DNA of 64,000 nt, from assembly GCA_905178155.1 (NCBI GenBank), contig CAJINV010000002.1, forward strand, positions 4,707,709-4,771,708. Reading direction: 5' to 3'. Of this stretch, positions 10,053 through 20,953 are shown piece after piece. The notes beneath the pieces are model-generated. The model saw nothing but the letters and a program-made list of their open reading frames with translations, was not told where the DNA came from and did no database searches. The stretch comes from Amoebophrya sp. A120 (Eukaryota; Protista; Dinoflagellata). A program made the translations under genes and the position numbers. Numbering within the stretch: the stretch's first letter is position 1; the number at the start of each line of letters is the position of its first letter.

Positions 10053-12389
10053 TCACCATACGCTGGGGATTAGATAATCCAGCGAGTTTTTTTTTTTTGT
10101 GACGCGTTGGCGTTGCTGATTTTCCTCTCCCAGGCTCTCCCAACCCAGGAAAAAGGGGGCTATAAACTGTGCTGTGGCAGAAGACCACGTAGACTCGTCA
10201 AGAGGGACCGCCCCAGAGGACGACGAAGCCGAGACGCCAGCAGAAGGAGATGATGAACCACCTCCTGCACGGGAGATGCTGACCTTGTCCGGCGTCAGAA
10301 TGATCCCTTGTCCGTCGGCGGATTCACGGACAAAAAGCGCTCCAATGTCGCCGACGCTCTTGTTTTCTCCCAGTCGTTCTTCCTTCATCTTCCCAGTTCC
10401 CTTTCCATCTCCAGGCCCGCCGCGCGGCGTAGTGACACTGCTTTCACCACCATTTATTTCATCCTCCTGTGCAGCGACCACGTACTTCCCCACATACAGC
10501 TTGTAGTACACTTCGTTCGCAGATTCCGGGTCAAACAACGTCCGCGTTGCGCGACCGCCCTCATTGCCCGTGAGAAACACGGCGGAAGATTCCGTACCGG
10601 GGTGGAAGTACCCACTTTCATCAACGCAGTACTTCTCAGTGTACGTTGTTGTAGAGGAAGAGGTTCTTTGTTCCTGTGTAGTTCCAGTACAAAAATCTTG
10701 TCGTGCTTTGCCATTTATTCTGTTCCTCAGCGTGTTGATATACTCTTTTCCCCCGTCCTGAAATTTGTCTATCTTGTTTTGCACGTCAATCGACCGGTTT
10801 GCAGGCACCTGTAGCCCGGGGAAGAGGGCTGTTGTAAACTCCTTTGCCAGGCAGGGCGGAATAGTCTCGTCGTATACCCCGTGCAAAAGAAGAACCTTCA
10901 GCCCGGACAGATTCTGCATCCATTTTTCCATCGTGCTTTCTTCTTCACTTTTGGTGTTCATTTTCCTTTTCCTGCCAACTACGTCAACATCATGTTTCCC
11001 TGTCGGACGAGGAGCGCTAGCAGAAGCAGCAGTAGAAGATTCCGTCATGTCCTTACTATCATTTCCATACTTCTTGTACCCGCTCAACTCACTCCAGTAC
11101 CCGCGCGCCGCACCAGCCGAAACCGGGGCAATCAGGTCTACCAGCCCCTCGCTGCGCAGTTTGATCCCAGCTTCAAGCGACATAATCCCGCCCATGGACT
11201 GGCCAAACAAGAGCACTTCGGCAGAGGACTTCTTCGCGTCGCAGATTTCCGCGGTGTGATTTCTTGCCCAGGTCAGCACTTTTCTCATGTAGGCTAGATC
11301 GTCCTGCACTGACATGGTCCCGCAAAATTCAGGTGAATACGCGAACGTGCCCATCTCTTCATTCGGTGGAGCCCGGTAACAACTTCCACCGCACTTCAAA
11401 TGCGTTTCGTAGCAAGGGTAAACCCGGCCGGCGATAAAGGGGTTTAACTCAGGAAGCTGGCAGAAATACGGGTCTTCTAAGCTCCCTTGGAAAGAATCCC
11501 CCCAGCCCAACCCGTTCCACCCGGCGGTGTTGGGAATGTTTTTGCGGTGCGGAACTTGGAATTTGTCCAAGTCCATGGTGTCCTCGGCGCCCCACGCCGT
11601 GATGTACATGACCGGGCGATTTCCCAGCTGCTTGGAGTACAGAGCCAGGTTGGTTTTCGTCGACAATTTGGTCCAGTCTCGCTCCCACTCAGTGCTCTCG
11701 GTCATGTAGCCATGACTGTCCACCACAATTTGCGGGAGAACTTTGTCTTTATTTCCACCTCGACAGTGGTCAATAAACCCGTCGGAGTAAATCACGTCGA
11801 ACTTACGAGGGTAGGACGAAGGTGGGGTGGTCGAAGAAGCTGCAGCAGCACTAGTAGTACTACTACCGGGACATTGAAAAGGCAAGTCGAAGGTGCAAGT
11901 GTCGACAGTTTGATGATCCTCACCATGCTTAGTACCTTCAACATCATGTTGGGGAGCTTGTTTCGGCGAGCAGACTATGTCAACGACGTCCTCCAGGTGG
12001 TCGAGGTCGTGGTCGCCCGCCTCCTCAGAAGAAAAATGCGGGCTCCTCTTGGTCGCCGCGTCGTTGACACTGATAGTACTGGACGAAAGCGATTCAGAAT
12101 TTTTATGCGTGTCGACTTGACTGGCTTCGGGTTCGGATTTTTCGAAGGCACCACCAGCGGACGATGTTGATGTAGAAATATTAGCGCGGCCGATCTCGTT
12201 TGCCACATCCGCATGCGATAGTCCATTTGGTTCATCCTCTTCGTCGAGAGCGTTCGTCCTGTGGAAGATACCTGCTACCAGAGGCGGGAAGCTAATACTC
12301 AGCTGCGCGACAGTACCTGCTTTGCTGGCCAAGAACAAAGGAAGCGCTGCTGCGCGAGGACGCCGGAGGACAATGTTGACCGGGGCCAT
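10053..12389 (-). CDS. Alpha/beta-hydrolase (esterase, possibly PHB-depolymerase-like), truncated by the insertion at 10177
   Basis: GQSMG nucleophile elbow and LLLHGVYDETIP acid motif; the last ~40 codons read into the inserted DNA; start at 12389 is inferred. Confidence 0.75.
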   Translation of the reverse strand: MAPVNIVLRRPRAAALPLFLASKAGTVAQLSISFPPLVAGIFHRTNALDEEDEPNGLSHADVANEIGRANISTSTSSAGGAFEKSEPEASQVDTHKNSESLSSSTISVNDAATKRSPHFSSEEAGDHDLDHLEDVVDIVCSPKQAPQHDVEGTKHGEDHQTVDTCTFDLPFQCPGSSTTSAAAASSTTPPSSYPRKFDVIYSDGFIDHCRGGNKDKVLPQIVVDSHGYMTESTEWERDWTKLSTKTNLALYSKQLGNRPVMYITAWGAEDTMDLDKFQVPHRKNIPNTAGWNGLGWGDSFQGSLEDPYFCQLPELNPFIAGRVYPCYETHLKCGGSCYRAPPNEEMGTFAYSPEFCGTMSVQDDLAYMRKVLTWARNHTAEICDAKKSSAEVLLFGQSMGGIMSLEAGIKLRSEGLVDLIAPVSAGAARGYWSELSGYKKYGNDSKDMTESSTAASASAPRPTGKHDVDVVGRKRKMNTKSEEESTMEKWMQNLSGLKVLLLHGVYDETIPPCLAKEFTTALFPGLQVPANRSIDVQNKIDKFQDGGKEYINTLRNRINGKARQDFCTGTTQEQRTSSSTTTYTEKYCVDESGYFHPGTESSAVFLTGNEGGRATRTLFDPESANEVYYKLYVGKYVVAAQEDEINGGESSVTTPRGGPGDGKGTGKMKEERLGENKSVGDIGALFVRESADGQGIILTPDKVSISRAGGGSSSPSAGVSASSSSGAVPLDESTWSSATAQFIAPFFLGWESLGEENQQRQRVTKKKNSLDYLIPSVW

Positions 12390-14446
12390 TTTCGTCTTGT
12401 CCAAATGTTTATGGCGATTTGAATATAAGAAATTGAAGTGCTTCGGTATCAGTACAGCAAAACGGGAACAATCAAAACCCCTGGTATAGTACAGTGCAAA
12501 AGTCAACAAAACGGGAATAGTCAAAACGCCGCCTGGTAAAGCACAACAAAACGGGAATATTCAAAACGGGAATAGTACAATGCAATAGCCAAAACCCCCG
12601 GTAGGTCAGATATAGCAGATTTGTGCGTTGCGTAGTTTACGGAAAAAAAGTACACAGTAACTGATGATGATGTGCCCAAATGTGAGTGGAGAAAGTCAAG
12701 TTAATACTTGTAGCAGAAGAAAACGTATCGAAGTAAAGGGAAACGATGCTTCTTTTCTTGTACTTAGCATAGACGAGACCAAAAACAGTGCTGACCGTTG
12801 CTGGTCTACTTCTCACTTCGTTCTTACAACTTTACCTGACAACAAGTTGCTGCATTCTTGTGAATCTCTCGACCACTTTTCTCGGCACTACAGCCGAACT
12901 GTGCGCCGCTGAGGTTTTCATCATACACTGGAACCGAACGACCTATAGACATTCCAACGAGGAGCAGGAACATTCCGATGTGGAAAATGACTCAGAATCT
13001 TCGTCTGATCTGACAACCAGGAAATTTTCTGGGTTATCGTCGTGCCATTCACATTTATTAATCACAATTATCTACAAGAACGATTGATTACCGATCACGA
13101 CAGCGCTGTCGAAAAAATGATGGGTGCAACCGAACATGAATAGAGATTTAAGATCTATTTTTATGCTCAGTGCGATACTTCTAGTCGCCGAGCTTCACAT
13201 TTTTCTGTACTGAAAAGAAAATCGCCAAGATGAAGTTGAAGTGGGGTGATTTTGATCCGTTCTTTTGCTCAACCTCATTCCTTGAAAACCGAGCAGATCA
13301 ATGCTCTAGAACGTCGACGTCCCAGAGGTTCCTTCGTATATTTCGTGAAGAGAACTCTTTTCACGAGTCGCATTACGCATTATCCTTTCATCACGCTTTC
13401 CTTCTCATTTCCGGGCCATGATGATCATCCTTGGGCGAACATTCTTCGTGTTTGTTGCGCCTTGTTTCCGTTTCGCTGGCTGGCTGTGTTCCTATTTTTT
13501 GCTTTTTTGCTTTTCTCGTAAAATCTCGCCGAGAGCTGCCTACTACCGCATCGGCTTTCACGTTCAGTCATCATCTTTTTTCACGCATCCTTAACAACCA
13601 TTCCAAACACGATTACGCCCTTACGGTCTTGGTTCTGTGCGTGCTGTGTGACGGACTAAAAACGAAATTGACACAGCGGGAATTCATTTAATCGTCATAA
13701 GATATTTATAGAGAAAGCACCTAGCTCAACGATCGTTCCCGTAGCCTGTAAAAAATCGAAAAAGGTTGCCACTACATTCACGCCCGCTCCCATTCAGGTG
13801 TAGAGAGTGTTTTCAAGGCGGTAGATCTTCAGCGCGTGTGTTGTGGTTGGGTGTGCAATTTGTTTGGGTATTCGCTCTAGATCTTACGCTTAATCCTTCT
13901 TCTCGTGCTTGTTTGTGCTGGGATCGGGATCAAACAGTCTAAAGATTTGCGGGAAGGAAGTCACTCAGAGGATCGGCCCAGAGTTTGAATTTTTGGTAGT
14001 CCGATGACACGATCAGTGTCTGGTAGTCTAGTAGAGAACGAACAAGCGTGCCTGGATGCTTCTTTGTTCAAAATTGAACTTAGACCAGTTACAGCCTGCT
14101 GCCATACATTTCCTTTGTTATTCTTTCAACTTCGAGCTCGTTTAGACGGTTCATTTGCACCGCTCTTCAACTTCAATGCGGGAAACTCACGAAAAAAAAA
14201 CGCCGCTTCCATGATCTTTCAAAAAGTTAAAGTTCTCTATCTTCACAAACAGGAAAGCGAGGCCCCGTGCAGCTGTTGATTACGCAGCAATGGCTCATTT
14301 TGCGTGGTTCTCCATCTCCATTTCCCTCGTTCTTAGCACGCCCACGCCGGTGCAGATGAAGCTAAAGGACCACGAAACCGTCGTAGCTGTTCTTCTTCTT
14401 CTTCTTTCCCCACGTCGCCTGCACTACTTTCTCCGCGACTTCTTCG

Positions 14447-17400
14447 CTAATGCGCCCGGTAGTGCGCCGGAAGCACGATGTCCACCTCGGTCATTTCTTT
14501 GAGAACCTTCTGACCAATGAAGGGTATCCGAAGGCAAAATGAGGGGGGATGCGCAAGACGGTTGTGTGTAAGCCAGCCGAGTGCAGCTGCCCTTCTTGTG
14601 TGCTTGTCATTATTTCTCGCTCCTTTTTGCATGTTGATTGATATTCATCATCTTTATACACTTTTTCATCAGCAGCATCGCAAATCAATTTTATGGAAGA
14701 ATGACGTGTAATTCAACTACATTGGCCTTCCCTTTTTCATTTTTTGCTTAGTGACTATACACAACATCTCGCGCACCCTTTTTTATCTGCCGGGGATATC
14801 CATCTTGTTGATTTCGCTGGTACCTTCGTAGATCTCCGTGATGCGAGCGTCGCGAAAATACCTGATAACCAAATATTGATTTTGTGCGCAATTCATTGCC
14901 ATGCGAGTCGCAAAACAATCTAGGCCCTTTCCCTTGTTGCCAGCAGCACGCGAATGATGCAATTATGAAAACGATAAATATGAAAAATCGAATCCCCACT
15001 GACGAGAACAAGCAGTGGCTGAGGACTTGTTCACAACTTCACACCTTTCCGCCGGCATGTCACTGACATAGCCCATGCCGCCCAAAATCTGTATTGCCTC
15101 GTTCGCACAGAACGTCGCAGCCTTACTCGCCGCGTATTTGCACCGCGCGCTGGCCCGCGTAAACTCCTCGCCGCGGTCCTTCATGCAGGCTGCCTGCCAC
15201 GTGAGCAGGCGCGCGGACCAGATTTGCAGGTCCATGTCCGCCAATTTTTCGTGCACAGCGTAGTACTTTCCGATCTTTTCCCCGAACGCATACCGCTCGT
15301 TTGCGTACTTCACGGCGCACTCCAGCGACGCCTGCGCGATCCCCAGCGCCTGGCCCGCAATGCCGATCCTGCCCCCGTCGAGGAGCTTCATCGCGATTTT
15401 GAAACCGTCGCCGCTCTGCCCCACCAGATTCTCCTTCGGAATTTGGCAGTCCTCCATAATTTATCAAATGTAAAAATGTCTGGGTCTGGAAGAATGCAAC
15501 TTGTGATGCTAACTTTGGACTCCGACTCTAAAAAAATCTGTATTGCATGACCAGCAAGAGGCGCCCAGTTTGTGCTACGCGTAGTAGTAGTAGTAGTAGT
15601 GACCATTTCACTCCTGGCGGGTGGGCGTTAGAACAGATTTAGCCTCTGCCGATACCTTGGGCGTTAGAACAGATTTAGCCTCTGCCGATACCCCTAGGTG
15701 GATACTTGCTCCACGTCCTAGCTACCACCCGGCCGCAGCCGCAAAACCGCTGGCATTTGTCATGCGGGATAGGCATCAGGAAGGCCTCTAGAAATATGTG
15801 ATGCGAGATCATGCATTACAGACATCCTGAGTCATGCAAAATATGCATGACAAACCTGGCCGCAACCTTCCAGACCCAGACATTTTTGCAATCCATATAA
15901 TCACCTGGGCGGTGGAGGACGCCCGGATGCCCAGCTTGTCTTCCTTCTGCCCCAGCTTCACGCCGCTATCAAGTGTAAAAATGTCTGGGTCTTGAAGAGT
16001 GGAAGATTTGTCATGCAGGTTTTCCATGACTCATGAGGTCTGTAATGCATGGTCTAGCATCACAGACTTTGAGAGGGCTTCCTGATGCCTGTTCCGCATG
16101 AGAAATGGCCTCTCGCCGTGGCAAAAACTGGACTCCTCTCGCCGGTCATGCATTACAGATTTTTTTCGAATCCGAAGACAGCATGACAAGTTGCAATCTT
16201 CCAGACCCAGACATTTTTGCATTTGATAGCCGCTACTGGAAAACGACCCGGCGACGTTTTCGTCAGGAAAGTTCGGGAGCGGGACGAGGAAGCAGCTGAT
16301 GCCCTTGTGCTTCCTCTGCTTGTCGGTCGTGGCAAAGACCAGGGTGCTGGCACCCTCGTAGGAATTACTGATCCACTGCTTTGTGCCGTTCAGCAGATAG
16401 TGGTCATCCTTCTCGACCGCCGTGGTGGCCGCCGCGGCCGCGTCGCTGCCGTTTCCTGTTTTTGGTTTCGGACGTTGGGTTCTTCGCCGCGGCCGCGGGT
16501 GATACGCTTATTAAGTTGCAAAATCTTGCTCACTCAGCATGTGCGAGCGTTAGGATCTTGCTCTAAGTAAAAAACTGTTCTTTCTAAAAACTCCCTGTGG
16601 TACTAAACTACTTAGCAAGTAGTAAGTACCAGGTTCCGACAGCGCAAAGCAGCCGATTTTTTCCCCGAACAGATAGCCGGGTAGGACTTCTTCCTTTTGT
16701 TTCTCCGAGCCGAAGTAGACGAGACCCCCGCAGTACAGGCTGTTGTTTATCGACAACAGCAGGCCGCAGCTGGGGCAGCCCCGGGAAATCTCCTCCATGG
16801 CCACCGCGTAGGCCAGTGCGCTCATGCCGGGCCCGCCGTACTTCTCGGGGACGTTCATGCCGAGGAAGCCCAGCTCACCCAGTTGCTTGATTTCGTCCTT
16901 GGGAAACGTGTGCAGGACGTCATTTTTCGCCGTATCAAATGCAAAAATGTCGGGGTCTGGAAAAGTGTAGACTTGTCATGCAGATTTTCCATGACCCATG
17001 AGGTCTGGAATGCGGGCCTCAGCATGACAGACTCTGCGAGGTCTCTGCCATGCCTATCCTGCATGAGAAACTCCCTTCCAGCATGGTCAAAAGTGTACAG
17101 CTTTTGGCACTCATGCAACACAGATTTTTGCATGCTTCAGATATACCATGACAAGTTGCAATCTTCCAGACCCAGACATTTTTACATTTGATACGCCGCG
17201 GTCTGAAACAAAACGTCCTCCGTGAACTGCTTCATCCTGTGCAAAAGTATCGCATTCGTATAAATGCAAGTCCTGCATTACAAATTTCTTTCTCAAGTTA
17301 AATCCGCATTACAAATTTTATTTCTCACGCTGAGGAAATTTGTAATGCATTTATACGAGTACGATACTTTTGCAGTGCATATGCTTGGCCTGCTCGCGAA

Positions 17401-17896
17401 TCATCTGGACCTCCTCAGGAAGCTCGGAGTACGAGGTGTAGGAACGGGCCTGCGTTTGATGTTGAAACACGTTCTTGCTGTAGTTCGACGGCGGTCCTCC
17501 GATTTTATTTCGAAACATGTTTATTGCAGTAGAAGTTCTTGTTCTGCAGCTTCTAGTCAGAACGAAGGACTTCGATTTTGATCCACCGCTCGTCCCGCTT
17601 CTTGCAGCAGCAAACGGCAGCTTCGAGGTAGACGACGAAGAGGGGGTCGGTGGGCTCCTGTGAGGGAAAAAAATATCTTCAGCTGCCCCACGACTAGTAG
17701 TACCCGAGTAGACAGGAGTAGAACATGCGGCGGTGAGGACGGGAAGAACAGGAGGAAACGAGGACGACGTAGTTGTAGACATTTTCGTCTGGTTACAGAC
17801 AGAAGATTTTTGTTGTAGTCCATTGTGCGCACGCAACAAGTGCGGCGCGAGGCGCCGCGACAAGGTCGCGGTGGAGGACACACGAACGGAGGCCAT
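14447..17896 (-). CDS. Short-chain-type acyl-CoA dehydrogenase, probably mitochondrial; 8 exons
   Basis: VPEKYGG, ALSEPGNGSDA, NGTKQWISN, KLGIRAS, GGRIGIA, QILGGMGY, RDARITEIYEGTSEI; 5 introners plus 2 GT-AG introns; Arg/Ser-rich N-terminus. Confidence 0.93.
14525..14798. mobile_element. Old introner (family H) with a fully diverged TSD
   Basis: TATCCGAAGGCAAAATGAGGGGGGATGCGCAAG ... CTCGCGCACCCTTTTTTATCTGCCGGGGATA; removal plus 5 nt restores the ACAD C-terminus. Confidence 0.75.
15462..15897. mobile_element. Introner family A with a ~170-bp nested insert
   Basis: Family A TIRs; TSD taatt/taatc. Confidence 0.9.
15967..16228. mobile_element. Introner family A
   Basis: Family A TIRs; TSD gccgc. 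Confidence 0.93.
16933..17193. mobile_element. Introner family A
   Basis: Family A TIRs; TSD cgccg. Confidence 0.93.
17233..17381. mobile_element. Introner family B
   Basis: CATCCTGTGCAAAAG ... CTTTTGCAGTGCATA; TSD tgctt. Confidence 0.93.
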
Positions 17897-18625
17897 CTTC
17901 TTGTTGCTGATAGACTGGAAACCTGAAAAACAAACTAGTAGGAGCAATCAAGAGCGTAGACGTACACAAAAAAGAGCTTTACATATTTATTAGCATCACA
18001 CACACACAAGAAGAAAAACTTTTATATTAAAGAGTGACTAGATACTGGAAGCCATGTATCTTCTCGACGGGGACGGAGCGAGAGTAAATATAATTAAACG
18101 GGGGTCGAAGCATTAGTTGAAAAAATAAAATACTTGTTGTTATTGCTTTATCTTGATTCGGAATGTAACCTTTATCTTTGGTTTTGGACCTGCATGATGC
18201 GTCGCGTGACAAAAGTAAAAGTAAAAACTAGCAAACCACTACTGCTCAACACAACAAAGCCATCGCGCGACGTCAACGTGTCGGTTCTTTTACATAGATA
18301 CTGTGGCTGCATGAATAATTTCAACTCTCTGCGGCAAAGTAAGTAAGTATCTCTCTGCCCGAAGTGCGCTCATCTCGTGCCCGCTTCTGTACAGCTTTGT
18401 TGATCCAAGCAAAAGTGCTTGCTACAGTTTTTCAAGTTTTTTTTCGTTCCACTGAACTACAACAAGAAACTGCAAAACAGCAGCACACGCACTCCGCCCA
18501 TGCTCCAGCACAAGCTGAAAACGTCCGTTCAAAATCTTCTCAATTGCGACGCCATGGCCGACGGGGAAAACACTATTTATAGCTCGCCTGCTGCAAGACG
18601 TCGGCAAAAATAATACCACTCATTT

Positions 18626-19777
18626 TCAGTCCTTCCGAAACGCCTGAAAAGTTTTCTTCAGTCCGTCTTGGCGAAATTTCAAAATGACGTCCTTCAGTGC
18701 CAACAGTTCCTCTTTGCGAAGGTGCAACAGACTCCGGCCGTTTTTCCCCGATCTTATCGTCAACACTGGTGTCCGGTGCCTGCCGTCTCGGTGCCGGACC
18801 AGGTGCACGTACATTTGCCGTTCCAGGTCTTCCCCGGAGTCCAGTTCGAACATAGTTGCCGATTTCCGCGACTTGTTGTTATCAAACATCGGCTCGATCC
18901 ACGGGGGTTCTCGGGGTCGTTGGGGTAGTTCTTGCTGCTGTTGCAGTTCATGATCTGTCCGCTGAGTTCTTTCCACTGCTCTGGTCGTCGTGTGAGCAGG
19001 AACTACTACTACGGAGTCACCATCGAAGATTTCTCGTCCCTGTTCTAGTACCTTCACATCATTCTCCCCGATATTAACCTCCATCCTCCCGCCCTCAGGG
19101 GCAGGAAGCTTCATTGCAGGCTTTTGCTGTTCAGCATCATGTGGTTCTTGACTACAGGCACGACCATACCTTGTTCCCCTAGCCTCCTGATCATCATGAT
19201 CGTCATTCCCAGCATACAGGTCTTCCGTCGCGAAGGTGTGGGTACCACCATCGTGATGAAGACGAGACAAATACTGCGAGATTCGGTTTTTGTGCGTAAA
19301 CAGCGGTACGACAGGGGGGGCCACAGGTGCCGCTACTGTGCGGGTTTGCTTCCTTGATGAACACCCAGGATAATCCCCAGGAAGTGGATGATCGCTGGAA
19401 AGAACCGAAGCAGCAGCGACCTGGCCACCATGATCCGCAAAAGCTGGCGCAGGACCTCCCGGCACGACCGACGTCGTAGAGAAGTAGAGGCTTCTTGCTC
19501 TCTTTGTGTTGGCACTTCTGTTAAAAAAAGGCGTACAACTGGACGAGAGCGAGACTCCGCTGCTGCTGCTGCTGCCTGAGGAATAAATTCGTGGGGGACG
19601 CGGTATTTTTTCTCCGCGGACACACTTAGTGCAAAAACAACAACTTCTAGACGTGGTTAGAGGACATAGAGCAGGGACTGTGTGGTGCACAACCTCCACG
19701 GGCGGCACCAGAGACGGCTGGCGCTGAAAAATATTACGCATGTTGAGCTGTAGGGAAGTAGCGGAGCTACTAATCAT
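18626..19777 (-). CDS. Hypothetical protein (383 aa, intronless ORF)
   Basis: Long ORF with a low-complexity N-terminus and an ordered-looking C-terminus; no recognised motif. Confidence 0.6.
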   Translation of the reverse strand: MISSSATSLQLNMRNIFQRQPSLVPPVEVVHHTVPALCPLTTSRSCCFCTKCVRGEKIPRPPRIYSSGSSSSSGVSLSSSCTPFFNRSANTKRARSLYFSTTSVVPGGPAPAFADHGGQVAAASVLSSDHPLPGDYPGCSSRKQTRTVAAPVAPPVVPLFTHKNRISQYLSRLHHDGGTHTFATEDLYAGNDDHDDQEARGTRYGRACSQEPHDAEQQKPAMKLPAPEGGRMEVNIGENDVKVLEQGREIFDGDSVVVVPAHTTTRAVERTQRTDHELQQQQELPQRPREPPWIEPMFDNNKSRKSATMFELDSGEDLERQMYVHLVRHRDGRHRTPVLTIRSGKNGRSLLHLRKEELLALKDVILKFRQDGLKKTFQAFRKD

Positions 19778-20953
19778 GAAGATGACACTCCTTCAGTAGA
19801 GTGGTTCATTTATTTGGCTGAAATAGACATATACGTGGCCTTTGAGGCAACCAACGAAAAAAGAAAAGTAACCCAGCACCCATCTAGACGTTGTACTATC
19901 ACGGTCAATATCCTATCAATTTCCTGCACGAGCTTCAACCCTCTTGACCGACAGCGCGGGTCGTGCTGGAGGTCCTCTCATCTACTGCACGGAAGTACCT
20001 GCTGGTGTAGCAGAAGTGTTGAACATTGAGATATGTGGGGGTTTGACTTTGATGTGCATGTGGGGGTTTGATTGTCCTTCTGCTCCCTTGTTCTTCCCCG
20101 AAATGTTTTCTTTTCAAACAGAATCAGAAACATGGAGGTTGGGAAAGTCATGGTGAAATTCGGGCCTTGTTCTTTTTTGGCGGGGTAAAAACTGAAAACA
20201 TCAAAACTTCCGCGACTTCTTGGGCACGGTAGTCCTGTTGCTATGAGACAATCATAATTATGCTAGGATTGTAGCATTTAGTAAGAATTTTTTCTAAAAT
20301 GTTGAAAATTTGTAATCATAATCGTGTGCGGAGCGGCACGGTGAAAATGAAAGAAACTGATACACGCCCGCGCGAAACGGGCACACATCATAAGCTGCAT
20401 TATTTGCGAAAACAAAAAATTGCAGGGCTGCTGCAAAAAAACAAACTCAGAGGTAAATGTGGACATGGTAAATCTCAATCGGAGTGCGTTTCTAAACTTT
20501 TGTCGAAAAGAGAAAATTTTATATACATATTTTCGTTTTCGCCGCACTGACATTTCGGACTCCCTTCTGTAAGTATGCGGCTCTTCTTTTCGGGGCCTGT
20601 TAAGATGATTCAAGAATAGTGTGACTCCATGTAATCCAAGACAAACGATCCTGCTATGCAAAATGTAATCAAATCATGAAGGCAATACTGTGGAGTAAAT
20701 GCGTCTCAAAAATAAATCTGATACTGATACTTATTTGTGTGACCACTGATTACAAACTTTCTAAGTAAATTCAAATAGAACTTTCCAAGTAAATAATATG
20801 TAAACCTGCGTGAGAATATACTGTGCGGTAAAAATGGACACCTGCCTTTTGAGAACTGCGACCAGCAGCACCTCATACATATTAAATGAACAACAACAAT
20901 CGGAGCAGACAGCGACTGAAAATAAATCGAGTCAACAAATCCATCGCAAGAAC

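Larger units (their letters stand above)
3926..10177. mobile_element. Composite insertion (captured gene segment plus hAT-like element) splitting the hydrolase gene
   Basis: Flanked by the duplicated 44-bp coding sequence; removal rejoins the hydrolase ORF. Confidence 0.75.

Noticed and set aside
13739-13746. CCGTAGCC, resembling the start of the dinoflagellate spliced leader
   Set aside because: Only 8 nt match; the ATTTTGGCTCAAG part is absent
15123-17296. Recurrent peptides such as NVKMSGSGR, LCKSIVLV and LHSQLL in the ORF track
   Set aside because: Translations of introner TIRs, not protein repeats
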